DNA from: Methanobacteriota archaeon
GTDB lineage: Archaea; JAADCQ01; Methanopyri; Methanopyrales; Methanopyraceae
Assembly (NCBI GenBank): GCA_027064305.1
Contig: JAMOPY010000023.1
Location: 16,569 to 48,568, forward strand
Reading direction: 5' to 3'
DNA length: 32,000 nt
Below the pieces are notes generated by a model, which ran no database searches, was not told the origin of the DNA, and saw only the letters and a list, made by a program, of their open reading frames with translations. Shown here piece by piece: positions 24,941 through 32,000 of this stretch; within the stretch, counting starts at the first letter, position 1, and each line of letters starts with the position of its first letter. The position numbers and the translations under genes are program-made.

Positions 24941-25662
24941 ACCCGCAGCGACTCCAGCCCCTCCCCACGACGACCACGAACGACCTCCCCCGGCGTCCTC
25001 ACCCGGAGTCCCGGGCAGAAGACCTCCGAGCCCCCCGCCACGAGCCCGCCGTACTCCACCCACGTCAGGAACTCGTACCCCGGCCCCGGGGTCTCGTACT
25101 CGAACTCCTTCGGGATCCGCCCCTCGGTTCGGATCACCTCGAGCGGCTCCGCCCCGCGCACGTCCGTGGGCGCGTACCGGGGCGTCCGCGGCGGGTCCTC
25201 CAGCGGTCGCCGCCCGATCCGCACCTCCGGGGGCAGCACCCGGGGCCCGTACCGCTCCAGCGCGGCGTTCACCACGTCCACGAAGTCCTCCTCCAGCAGC
25301 AGCGTGTCGATCATCTCGCAGACGATCACGTCGGCGTTCACCTCCACGCGCCGCGCGTCGGCCCGCACCACCTCCCACCGCACGTCCCTCGGCGCGTACC
25401 TCCTGAGGTTCCGCTCCAGCAGCCGGGCCCTCCTGGGATTCCGCTCCACCGCGACGACCCGACGGGCGCCCGCGTTCGCGGCGACCACGGAGAGCGGTCC
25501 CGTCCCGGCGCCCAGGTCGGCGAACTCGGCCCCGTCGGCGTGGTCGCACACCATGCGGACGAACGCGCCCGTCCGCTCCCGGTCCCGCAGCAGGTCGTCC
25601 TGGTAGGCGTCCACGAGCAGCCGGAAGCTCCCGACCGGGGTGCGGAGCGTCCGGACCAGCAT
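24937..25662 (-). CDS. SAM-dependent methyltransferase, protein-arginine-methyltransferase-like Rossmann fold
   Basis: FADLGAGTGPLSVVAANAGARRVVAVERNP, DVIVCEMIDTLLLEE. Confidence 0.75.
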   Translation of the reverse strand: MLVRTLRTPVGSFRLLVDAYQDDLLRDRERTGAFVRMVCDHADGAEFADLGAGTGPLSVVAANAGARRVVAVERNPRRARLLERNLRRYAPRDVRWEVVRADARRVEVNADVIVCEMIDTLLLEEDFVDVVNAALERYGPRVLPPEVRIGRRPLEDPPRTPRYAPTDVRGAEPLEVIRTEGRIPKEFEYETPGPGYEFLTWVEYGGLVAGGSEVFCPGLRVRTPGEVVRGRRGEGLESLRV

Positions 25663-25664
25663 GG

Positions 25665-26201
25665 TCAGCCTTCCGCGGCCTGCTGCTGCCGCTTCTTCGC
25701 CTCCTCCTCCCGCGCCTCCTCTTCCCTCCTCCCCGTCTTCAGCTTGATCACGTAGTCGGCGGCGTTCTGCAGGGCCGTGCTGAACCCCGGCTCGGCCCCG
25801 ATCACGATGGTCACCTTGCCCCGCTCCTTCGCCTTCGCGATGATGGGCAGGAAGTCCGTGTCCCGCGTCATCAGGGCCAGCGCGTCCACGCTGTCGCTGT
25901 AGATGATGTCCATCGCCTCCACGGCGAGGTACACGTCCACGTCCCCCGGGATGACCCGGGGCACGAACCCCTGGTTCGCCACCGCCTCGATGAGCTTGTC
26001 CGACGCGTACTGGTTCAGGAACGCCAGGCCGATGCGGATCGTGCCCAGCTCCTCGACGAGCTCCCGGACCTCCTTCAGACTGATGTCGAACTCGCGCCGG
26101 AGCATGTTCGGCCCGTCGATCAGCATCGCGATGTCCAGATCGCCCCGCTTGGTCTTGCGCTTGATCACGCCGCTCATGTAGTCCTTAACGGTATCCAGCA
26201 A
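25665..26201 (-). CDS. NYN (PIN-like, LabA/DUF88) domain protein
   Basis: DIAMLIDGPNMLRREF, DVYLAVEAMDIIYSDSVDALALMTRDTDFLPIIAKAKERGK. TTG at 26201 is 2 nt past the upstream stop; ATG at 26177 alternative. Confidence 0.85.
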   Translation of the reverse strand: MLDTVKDYMSGVIKRKTKRGDLDIAMLIDGPNMLRREFDISLKEVRELVEELGTIRIGLAFLNQYASDKLIEAVANQGFVPRVIPGDVDVYLAVEAMDIIYSDSVDALALMTRDTDFLPIIAKAKERGKVTIVIGAEPGFSTALQNAADYVIKLKTGRREEEAREEEAKKRQQQAAEG

Positions 26202-26203
26202 GA

Positions 26204-26956
26204 TCAACCACCCGCGAACACGCGCACTCGGGTTTCTCCCGGGCAAAAGTGGAAGGGGAAGGATTCCACGATCGCCGCGTCCACAACGCCGGCACGGGTG
26301 AGCAACGGGACCAAGTGCGTGCAGGACTGGGCGTACAGCGCGATGGGACCGCGGTGACGGGTCACGATGCGCTTGAACGAGCCGTTCACCAGCACCATGC
26401 CGGTGGCCAGTAGCGGGAACTCGCCCAGCCTCGCGCGCCGCGGGACCCCCACCCGGGGATCCGCGTCCACCACCCCCCGGAGCAGCCCCCGTCGCTCCAG
26501 CTCCCGACGGAGGGCGCCGGAGTATCCAATCAGGAGCACCCTCTCTCCGAACCGGTCCTCCACCGTATCCGCTATGATGCGGGCCCGCTCCTTTTCAGCC
26601 TTCCTGTAACTCCTGGGCAGCCGCTCGGAGAGCAGCGGCGAGACCTCGCCGGCCCGGGCGCTGGCCATGGCGTCCAGGGTCAGGGCGCTCGTCGGCGGGT
26701 CCGAGGACGAGCGCCACACGGCCTTCAACCGGCGGCCCAGGAGGCCCGAGTCCGAGGGCGGTCGGGGGTGCAGGACGGTCCCCTCGAGCCCCCCATCCGT
26801 TTTGATCATTGTAACGATATCGTCGTGGACGCGGTCCCCGTCCGGGGGTCGACGCGCCCCCGTCAGCGTGAGCACGGCGGCGATTCGATCGTCCGACCCC
26901 TCACTCCTCACCAGGCTCCTTACCACCCTGGAATAGCGCCTCCAGCGCCCGGTCAT
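26204..26956 (-). CDS. Conserved-looking hypothetical protein
   Basis: Single long frame in the operon; GERVLLIGYSGALRRELE Rossmann-like segment. GTG at 26911 would reduce the overlap with its neighbour. Confidence 0.65.
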   Translation of the reverse strand: MTGRWRRYSRVVRSLVRSEGSDDRIAAVLTLTGARRPPDGDRVHDDIVTMIKTDGGLEGTVLHPRPPSDSGLLGRRLKAVWRSSSDPPTSALTLDAMASARAGEVSPLLSERLPRSYRKAEKERARIIADTVEDRFGERVLLIGYSGALRRELERRGLLRGVVDADPRVGVPRRARLGEFPLLATGMVLVNGSFKRIVTRHRGPIALYAQSCTHLVPLLTRAGVVDAAIVESFPFHFCPGETRVRVFAGG

Positions 26957-27245
26957 CGCACTCCCCCGGCGCGTCCCGCCTCCCCACCCGCACCTCCGGC
27001 CTACCGTAGCGCTCCAGCACCGACCTCACGACCCCGCCGGGATCGCCCGGGCCGACCACGTCCGCCAGGATCACGTACTCGCGGGCGGGGCGGCCCCCGG
27101 CGAGGATCACCGCCCCCTCGCTCACCAGCACGCGCTCGACCTCGAACCCCGCCGCCCGGAGCGCTCGCTCCAGCCGCTTCCTCAGCTCGCGCGGGCGGAG
27201 CGGTTTGGTGGCGAGGAGGTGGGCGTCGACCATGCGCCGGCTCAC
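26901..27245 (-). CDS. Small hypothetical protein
   Basis: 114 aa; GTG start overlaps the PhoH-KH stop as GTGA. Confidence 0.65.
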   Translation of the reverse strand: MSRRMVDAHLLATKPLRPRELRKRLERALRAAGFEVERVLVSEGAVILAGGRPAREYVILADVVGPGDPGGVVRSVLERYGRPEVRVGRRDAPGECDDRALEALFQGGKEPGEE

Positions 27246-28384
27246 GCCTGCTCGACCTCCAGGCCCATGCCGAGGAGCTCCTGCAGTACCTCCTCGACGA
27301 ACCGGGCGTACCGGCCGCGCTGCCCCATGAACGGGCCGAAGTCCCGCCGGTCGATCCACACCTTCAGGTTCGGGCCCGCGATGTCCACGTCGACGATGCG
27401 CTCCCCGATCCACGGGACCGGGTGGATGTCCGCGATGAAGTCGATGAAGTCCAGCGTCAGGTGCGTGACGACGATCCGCATGTTCGTCTCCGCCTCGATG
27501 TTCTCGATCCGCTCGCCCCCCGTGCCGACCACCCGGCCCACGTGCCCCTCCTTGGTCACGATCACGGCCTGCGGCACGTTCTCCGTGTCGATCTCCAGGT
27601 CCTCGGCGATGGGCTCCACGTACAGGACCGTGAGCACGTCGGCGTCCGGCGCCTCCACCCGGACCACGTCCATGATCTCCCGCTCCACGTCGTTCAGCTC
27701 GCGGTTGCGGACGCGGATCTCCAGCTGCAGGTGCACGCCCCGCTCCGCGCCCGGCCGCACGATGTCCCGCGTGCCCAGGTCGATCACCGCGGCCTTGGGC
27801 TCCTCGGCCAGGATCTCCCGCATGACCGTCGCGCCGCACCGCTCCACGTCGATGTCCTTCTGGAAGACCGGATCGCCCGTGATCAGCAGGCGCGAGTTGT
27901 GACCCATCCGCGCCAGTACCTCGCCCGCGTTCTCCGGCAGCATGTTCTGAACCTCGTCCAGCAGGATCACGGCGTCGTCGAACGTGCGCCCCCGGACGAA
28001 GTGCGTGTCCACGATCATGATCTTCTCCTCATCGATCATCCGCCGGAGCTCCTTCCGCCCCGTGAACTGCGAGAGCACGTCCATCACCGGCGTGACGACC
28101 ATCTCCTCGAACTTCTCCGGCACGTCGGCGGAGCTCATCTCCTCCTTCGTCGCCACGTCCACGAGCGGCCGCGTGACGATGAACCGATCGTACTCGCCCT
28201 CCATCACCGCCTTCACGCCGTACGCGGCGCAGAAGAGCGTCTTACCCGTACCCGTCGGCCCGAACGCGGCCACGATCTCGTTCTCCTCGTCCAGCAGGGC
28301 CTCGTACAGCTCCTTCTGACCGTCCGTCTGGGGCTCCACCCCGAGCAGGTCCTCCACCATCCGCCGCGCACCCCCGGCCGTCAT
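27242..28384 (-). CDS. PhoH-family ATPase with C-terminal KH-type RNA-binding region
   Basis: AAFGPTGTGKTLFCAAYGV Walker A, DAVILLDEVQNMLPENAGEVLARMG, LLITGDPVFQKDI; C-term GHVGRVVGTGGERIENIEAETNMRIVV and DFGPFMGQRGRYARFVEEVLQ. Confidence 0.88.
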   Translation of the reverse strand: MTAGGARRMVEDLLGVEPQTDGQKELYEALLDEENEIVAAFGPTGTGKTLFCAAYGVKAVMEGEYDRFIVTRPLVDVATKEEMSSADVPEKFEEMVVTPVMDVLSQFTGRKELRRMIDEEKIMIVDTHFVRGRTFDDAVILLDEVQNMLPENAGEVLARMGHNSRLLITGDPVFQKDIDVERCGATVMREILAEEPKAAVIDLGTRDIVRPGAERGVHLQLEIRVRNRELNDVEREIMDVVRVEAPDADVLTVLYVEPIAEDLEIDTENVPQAVIVTKEGHVGRVVGTGGERIENIEAETNMRIVVTHLTLDFIDFIADIHPVPWIGERIVDVDIAGPNLKVWIDRRDFGPFMGQRGRYARFVEEVLQELLGMGLEVEQA

Positions 28385-29160
28385 CTACCGAACCTTCGCT
28401 CCCGCTTCTGAAACTCCCGGATCGCCCGGAGCAGATCGATCTTGCGGAACTCCGGCCAGTACACGTCCACGAAGTACAGCTCGGAGTACGCGGAGTACCA
28501 CAGGAGGAAGTTACTCAACCGCTCCTCACCGCTCGTCCGGATGATGAGCTCCGGATCGGGCAGGTCACCCACGTAGACGTACTCGCGGAACGTCTCCTCG
28601 TCTATGCTGCGAGGATCGAGCCGGCCCGATTTAACGTCTTGGGCGATCTCTCGCACCGCGTCGATGATCTCCTGACGGCCCCCGTACGCCACCGCCACGT
28701 TCAGGAACCGCTCCGAGTACTCCCTCGTCGCCTCCTCCGCCTCCCGAATCGCCTCCCGCACCCGACGCGGCAGCAGGTGCAACCGACCCATCGCCCGCAC
28801 GGCGACCCGACGCCGATGAATCCGCTCGCTCCGGGCCAGCTCCCTGAACCGCTCCTCCATCAGGTCGAACAGATGACGCAGCTCCTCCTTCGGCCGGTTC
28901 AGGTTCTCGGTGGAGAGCGCGTAAACCGTGACGATCCTAACCCCGATGTCGAAGCACCATTCCAGCACCTGCTCCAGCTTATCCGCCCCGTACCGGTGCC
29001 CCTCCCAGGGCTTCAGCCCCAACTCGCGGGCGAACCTACGATTCCCATCCATGATGATGCCCACGTGCTCGGGCACCTTACCCCGACGCACCCTCCGCTC
29101 CAACATCCTCTCGTACATCTTATATACCGGCTTGAGGGAGGCCCGGACGACCTGCCTCAT
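28381..29160 (-). CDS. uppS: cis-Prenyltransferase (polyprenyl diphosphate synthase)
   Basis: PEHVGIIMDGNRRFARELGLKPWEGHRYGADKL, TVYALSTENLNRP, ELIIRTSGEERLSNFLLWYSAYSELYFVDVYWPEF. ATG at 29160 chosen; ORF open to 29271. Confidence 0.93.
   Translation of the reverse strand: MRQVVRASLKPVYKMYERMLERRVRRGKVPEHVGIIMDGNRRFARELGLKPWEGHRYGADKLEQVLEWCFDIGVRIVTVYALSTENLNRPKEELRHLFDLMEERFRELARSERIHRRRVAVRAMGRLHLLPRRVREAIREAEEATREYSERFLNVAVAYGGRQEIIDAVREIAQDVKSGRLDPRSIDEETFREYVYVGDLPDPELIIRTSGEERLSNFLLWYSAYSELYFVDVYWPEFRKIDLLRAIREFQKRERRFGR
29119..29126 (+). promoter_or_regulatory. Candidate archaeal TATA box for the metallophosphoesterase, inside the uppS 5' coding region
   Basis: CTTATATA, a clear AT-rich element in high-GC surroundings. 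Confidence 0.5.
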
Positions 29161-29239
29161 CGCGCGACGCGGATTCACGGACGCGATGCGACCGAACGCG
29201 GACGTTAACCCCTCCCACCCCCTGACGGGGGTTGAACCG

Positions 29240-29734
29240 TTGATCGGGCTGATCTCGGACACCCACGACAACCTGCGAGCCGTGCGCGAGCTGGCGGACC
29301 GAATGAACGACGAGGGCGTCGAAGTCGTGCTGCACGCCGGCGACTACGTCGCTCCCTTCACGCTCCCCGAGCTCGCGAAAATCGACTGCGAGGAGTTTAT
29401 AGGCGTTTTCGGAAACAACGACGGGGAGCGCGATTTCCTCCGCGAGAAGGCGGAAGAGGTCGGCTTCAACCTGGTCGGCGAGGTCTTCACGGGCGAGGTC
29501 CTGGGACTGAAGGTCGCCATGGTGCACGGGACCGAGGAGGCCATCGTCGAGGCCCTCGCCCGCTCCGGCCAGTACGACGTGGTCGTCTACGGCCACACCC
29601 ACGAGCCCGAGGAGCGCCGGGTGGGCGACACCCTCGTCGTGAACCCCGGCGAGGCCTGCGGGTACGTGACCGGCCGCCGCACCGCGGCCCTCCTGGACCC
29701 CGACGAACGAACGGTCAAGCTGATCGAGTTCTGA
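29240..29734 (+). CDS. YfcE/MJ0936-type metallophosphoesterase
   Basis: LIGLISDTHDNLRAV, VLHAGDYV, GVFGNNDGERDFL, MVHGTEE, VVYGHTHEPEERRVGDTLVVNPGEA. TTG start proposed; ATG at 29186 alternative. Confidence 0.9.
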   Translation: MIGLISDTHDNLRAVRELADRMNDEGVEVVLHAGDYVAPFTLPELAKIDCEEFIGVFGNNDGERDFLREKAEEVGFNLVGEVFTGEVLGLKVAMVHGTEEAIVEALARSGQYDVVVYGHTHEPEERRVGDTLVVNPGEACGYVTGRRTAALLDPDERTVKLIEF

Positions 29735-29746
29735 CCCCGCACTCCG

Positions 29747-30952
29747 ATGACGAGCACGGCCTTCACCCGACGGGGTGATGACATCCACCCGAGCCGAGGA
29801 GCCCGCCCCTTCGCCCGCCCCGACCTGGACGACCCCAGGCTGGCGAACCTCCTCCAAGCCCGCACCCCCGACTACCCGACCCTCCTCGCCGCCCTCATCG
29901 CACCCGTCCGCTGGTACACGCTCCGCGTGAACACGCTGAAGGCGGACCCGGAGGACGTCCTGGAGCTCCTGTCCCGGGAGCTACCGGACCACCGCGTCCG
30001 ACCCTCCCCGTACTCCGAGCACGCCGTGGAGATCGAGGTGAAGGGACCCCACCGAGTGCGCCCCGACGAGGAGCGGGTCGTGGTGGCCGACAAGTTCGCC
30101 GCCGAGAGCGTGTACGTGGGGGCCGACCTGTACGCCCCCGGGGTGCTCCGGGCCGAGGGCGTGAGGCGGGGCGATCGGGTGCTCGTCGTCTCCGAGCGGG
30201 GCCACCCCGTGGCCCTCGGCGTGGCCGAGATGGACGGGGACGAGATGGAGGATCGGGACCGGGGGCTGGCCGTCCGCGTCGACCGACCCGTGTACCGGGC
30301 CCCCAAGGTGCGCGCCACCCGGGCCTACGCCCGGGGCTGGATCTACTCCCAGGGCCTCCCCTCCATCCTCGCCGTCGAGGCCCTCGACCCGCGACCCGGA
30401 GAGTCCGTCATCGACCTCTGCGCGGCCCCCGGGGGCAAGTGCTCCCACGTCGCCCAGCTCACGGGCCCCGACTCCAAGATCGTCGCCATCGACCGGTCCA
30501 AACCCCGGCTGGAGCGGATGGAACGACGATTGCGACGGCTCGGCATCGACTGGGTCCGGGTGATCCACGGGGACGCCCGACGCGTCTGCCGCCGACTCCG
30601 GGAGCGGTTCGACGTGGCGATCGTGGACCCGCCCTGCACCGCCCTGGGCGTGCGACCCAAGCTGTGGATCGAGGCCACCTACGAGGAGTGCCTGGGCCTA
30701 CCCTCGTACCAGTTCTCGCTGCTCCGAGCCGCCCACCGGGTCCTAAGACCGGGCGGCCGCCTCCTCTACGCCACCTGCACGCTGACCCGCGAGGAGAACG
30801 AGCTCGTCGTCCGCCGAGCGGTCGAAGAGCTAGGCATGGAGCCGATCACCGAGGCACTTAAGCCCGCGAACCCCGCCGGGGACGGCGCGCTCTTCCTCCC
30901 TCACCGAGCGGACACGCCCGGGTTCTTCTACGCCGTGCTCAGGAAGGAATAG
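29747..30952 (+). CDS. RNA (cytosine-5) methyltransferase of the NOP2/NSUN family with PUA-like insert
   Basis: VIDLCAAPGGKCSHVAQLTG, DVAIVDPPCTALGVRP, LLYATCTLTREENELVV; PUA-like ESVYVGADLYAPGVLRAEGVRRGDRVLVVSERGHPVALGVAEM. Confidence 0.9.
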   Translation: MTSTAFTRRGDDIHPSRGARPFARPDLDDPRLANLLQARTPDYPTLLAALIAPVRWYTLRVNTLKADPEDVLELLSRELPDHRVRPSPYSEHAVEIEVKGPHRVRPDEERVVVADKFAAESVYVGADLYAPGVLRAEGVRRGDRVLVVSERGHPVALGVAEMDGDEMEDRDRGLAVRVDRPVYRAPKVRATRAYARGWIYSQGLPSILAVEALDPRPGESVIDLCAAPGGKCSHVAQLTGPDSKIVAIDRSKPRLERMERRLRRLGIDWVRVIHGDARRVCRRLRERFDVAIVDPPCTALGVRPKLWIEATYEECLGLPSYQFSLLRAAHRVLRPGGRLLYATCTLTREENELVVRRAVEELGMEPITEALKPANPAGDGALFLPHRADTPGFFYAVLRKE

Positions 30953-30964
30953 GCGGGTAGCGCG

Positions 30965-32000
30965 GTGGACCTCTGGAAGCTCAACCGGAAGATGGCGCTG
31001 GCCACGGCCGCCGGCGTCGCCCTCCTCGCCCTGATGATCTGGTCGTTCAACCCGAGCCAGATAGCCTCCGCGCTCCGACGAGCGAACCCGTACATCCTGG
31101 TGCTGGCCACCCTCGCCCAGCTCGCCGACCTCCTCCTCTGGGCCGCCCGGTGGCACTTCGTGCTCCAACGAGCCGGCATCCGGGCCCCCTTCCGCCTCAC
31201 CTTCCTGATTAATAACGCGTCGATGCTCATCAACAACGTGACCCCGAGCGCCCGCAGCGGGGGCGAGCCCCTGCGCATCTACCTGCTCTCCCGACTCACC
31301 GGGTGCCGGGCCCGCGACGTGGCCTCCTCCGTGGTCATAGACCGGATCCTGGACTACTTCCCCCTCGTCGCGCTCCTGCTACTCGGACTCGCGTCGCTGC
31401 TCCAAAGCGGAAGCCGCATGACCCGACTGCTCGCGGCGGGCGTGCTGGTACTCACGCTCGCGCTCGCGTTTTCCGTCTGGATCATGGCCAACGAGAGGAT
31501 AATTCTCCGTTTCGGCACGCTCCTCTCCCGACTCCTGTCCCGAGCCCGACGGGACGACGTCGACGCGCGCCGCGTCGAGCGCTGGGTCCGGCGCTTCGTC
31601 CGCAACTTCCGGCGGCTGCTCTCCGACCCGTGCACGCTGGCCTGCGGCACCGCGATCTCCTCCGCCATCTGGACCTGCGAGGTCCTCCGCACCTACCTCG
31701 TCTTCACCGCCCTGGACCGCGCCGTGCCCCTGTCCGTGATCGTGGTGGGGTTCGCCGTCTCCATGCTCGTCGGCGCGCTGCCCCTGCTCCCCGGCGGCCT
31801 GGGCGCGATCGAGGTCTCCGCGGCCTCCGCGTACGCGGCGCTGGGCGTCGATCGGGGCATCAGCGCCGCCGCGGTCCTACTTGACAGGGTAATCTCTTAT
31901 TGGATGGTCAACGCGGTCGGGCTGGCGAGCCTACTGCACATCTCTCGCAGGAGGGGCAGGGGAGAGCTGCACGATGCCGTACGAGCTGGGCAAAGTGGAG
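30965..32000 (+). CDS. UPF0104/LPG_synthase_TM (YbhN-like) membrane protein, runs off window
   Basis: NNVTPSARSGGEPLRIYLLSRLTG, SSVVIDRILDYFPL, LLPGGLGAIEVSASAAYAALGV; no stop before the window end. Confidence 0.85.
   Translation, partial: MDLWKLNRKMALATAAGVALLALMIWSFNPSQIASALRRANPYILVLATLAQLADLLLWAARWHFVLQRAGIRAPFRLTFLINNASMLINNVTPSARSGGEPLRIYLLSRLTGCRARDVASSVVIDRILDYFPLVALLLLGLASLLQSGSRMTRLLAAGVLVLTLALAFSVWIMANERIILRFGTLLSRLLSRARRDDVDARRVERWVRRFVRNFRRLLSDPCTLACGTAISSAIWTCEVLRTYLVFTALDRAVPLSVIVVGFAVSMLVGALPLLPGGLGAIEVSAASAYAALGVDRGISAAAVLLDRVISYWMVNAVGLASLLHISRRRGRGELHDAVRAGQSG

Noticed and set aside
26768-28411. 547-aa plus-strand ORF opposite the PhoH-KH gene
   Set aside because: Antisense shadow; no domain pattern.
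29122-29129. TATA box read on the minus strand as the uppS promoter
   Set aside because: It would put the TSS downstream of the N-terminal segment (YKMYERMLERRVRRGKVPEHVG) that is normally conserved in archaeal UppS; more likely used on the plus strand.
1-32000. CRISPR array or mobile element
   Set aside because: No regularly spaced direct repeats, transposase, integrase or terminal inverted repeats were seen by eye; a computational repeat scan was not possible.

Overview
High-GC archaeal window with densely packed, often overlapping genes. Gene content and a tRNA with a genomically encoded C8 point to a Methanopyrus kandleri-like hyperthermophilic methanogen (inference; no search was run). 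Main content: a CooT-like gene; pyrF; a compact hypusine/agmatine block (dys, agmatinase family, aIF5A, divergent pyruvoyl arginine decarboxylase); an IMPase-MazG-like fusion; nadK; a small tailed histone-fold protein; a Nob1/PIN protein; a COG4067-type aspartic-protease domain fused to a divergent peptide-deformylase-like domain; hemC; dphB; a DUF555 protein; a pseudomurein-type cell wall cluster (two Mur ligases, MraY-like GT4, CarB-like ATP-grasp, PP-loop ATPase) followed by three uncharacterised membrane or exported proteins; gltX; tRNA-Lys(UUU); argS; aRF1; pyrH; a DUF2116 protein; a PRMT-like methyltransferase; a NYN protein; a PhoH-KH ATPase; uppS; a metallophosphoesterase; a PUA-NSUN-like methyltransferase; and a UPF0104 flippase-like protein that runs off the edge. 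No CRISPR array or mobile element was seen. Strongest leads are the protease/deformylase-like fusion (6953..7813), the histone-fold gene, the uncharacterised genes attached to the pseudomurein cluster, the hairpin-rich gltX leader, and recurring gene-junction patterns (TTGA start/stop overlaps, shared CTAG stops).
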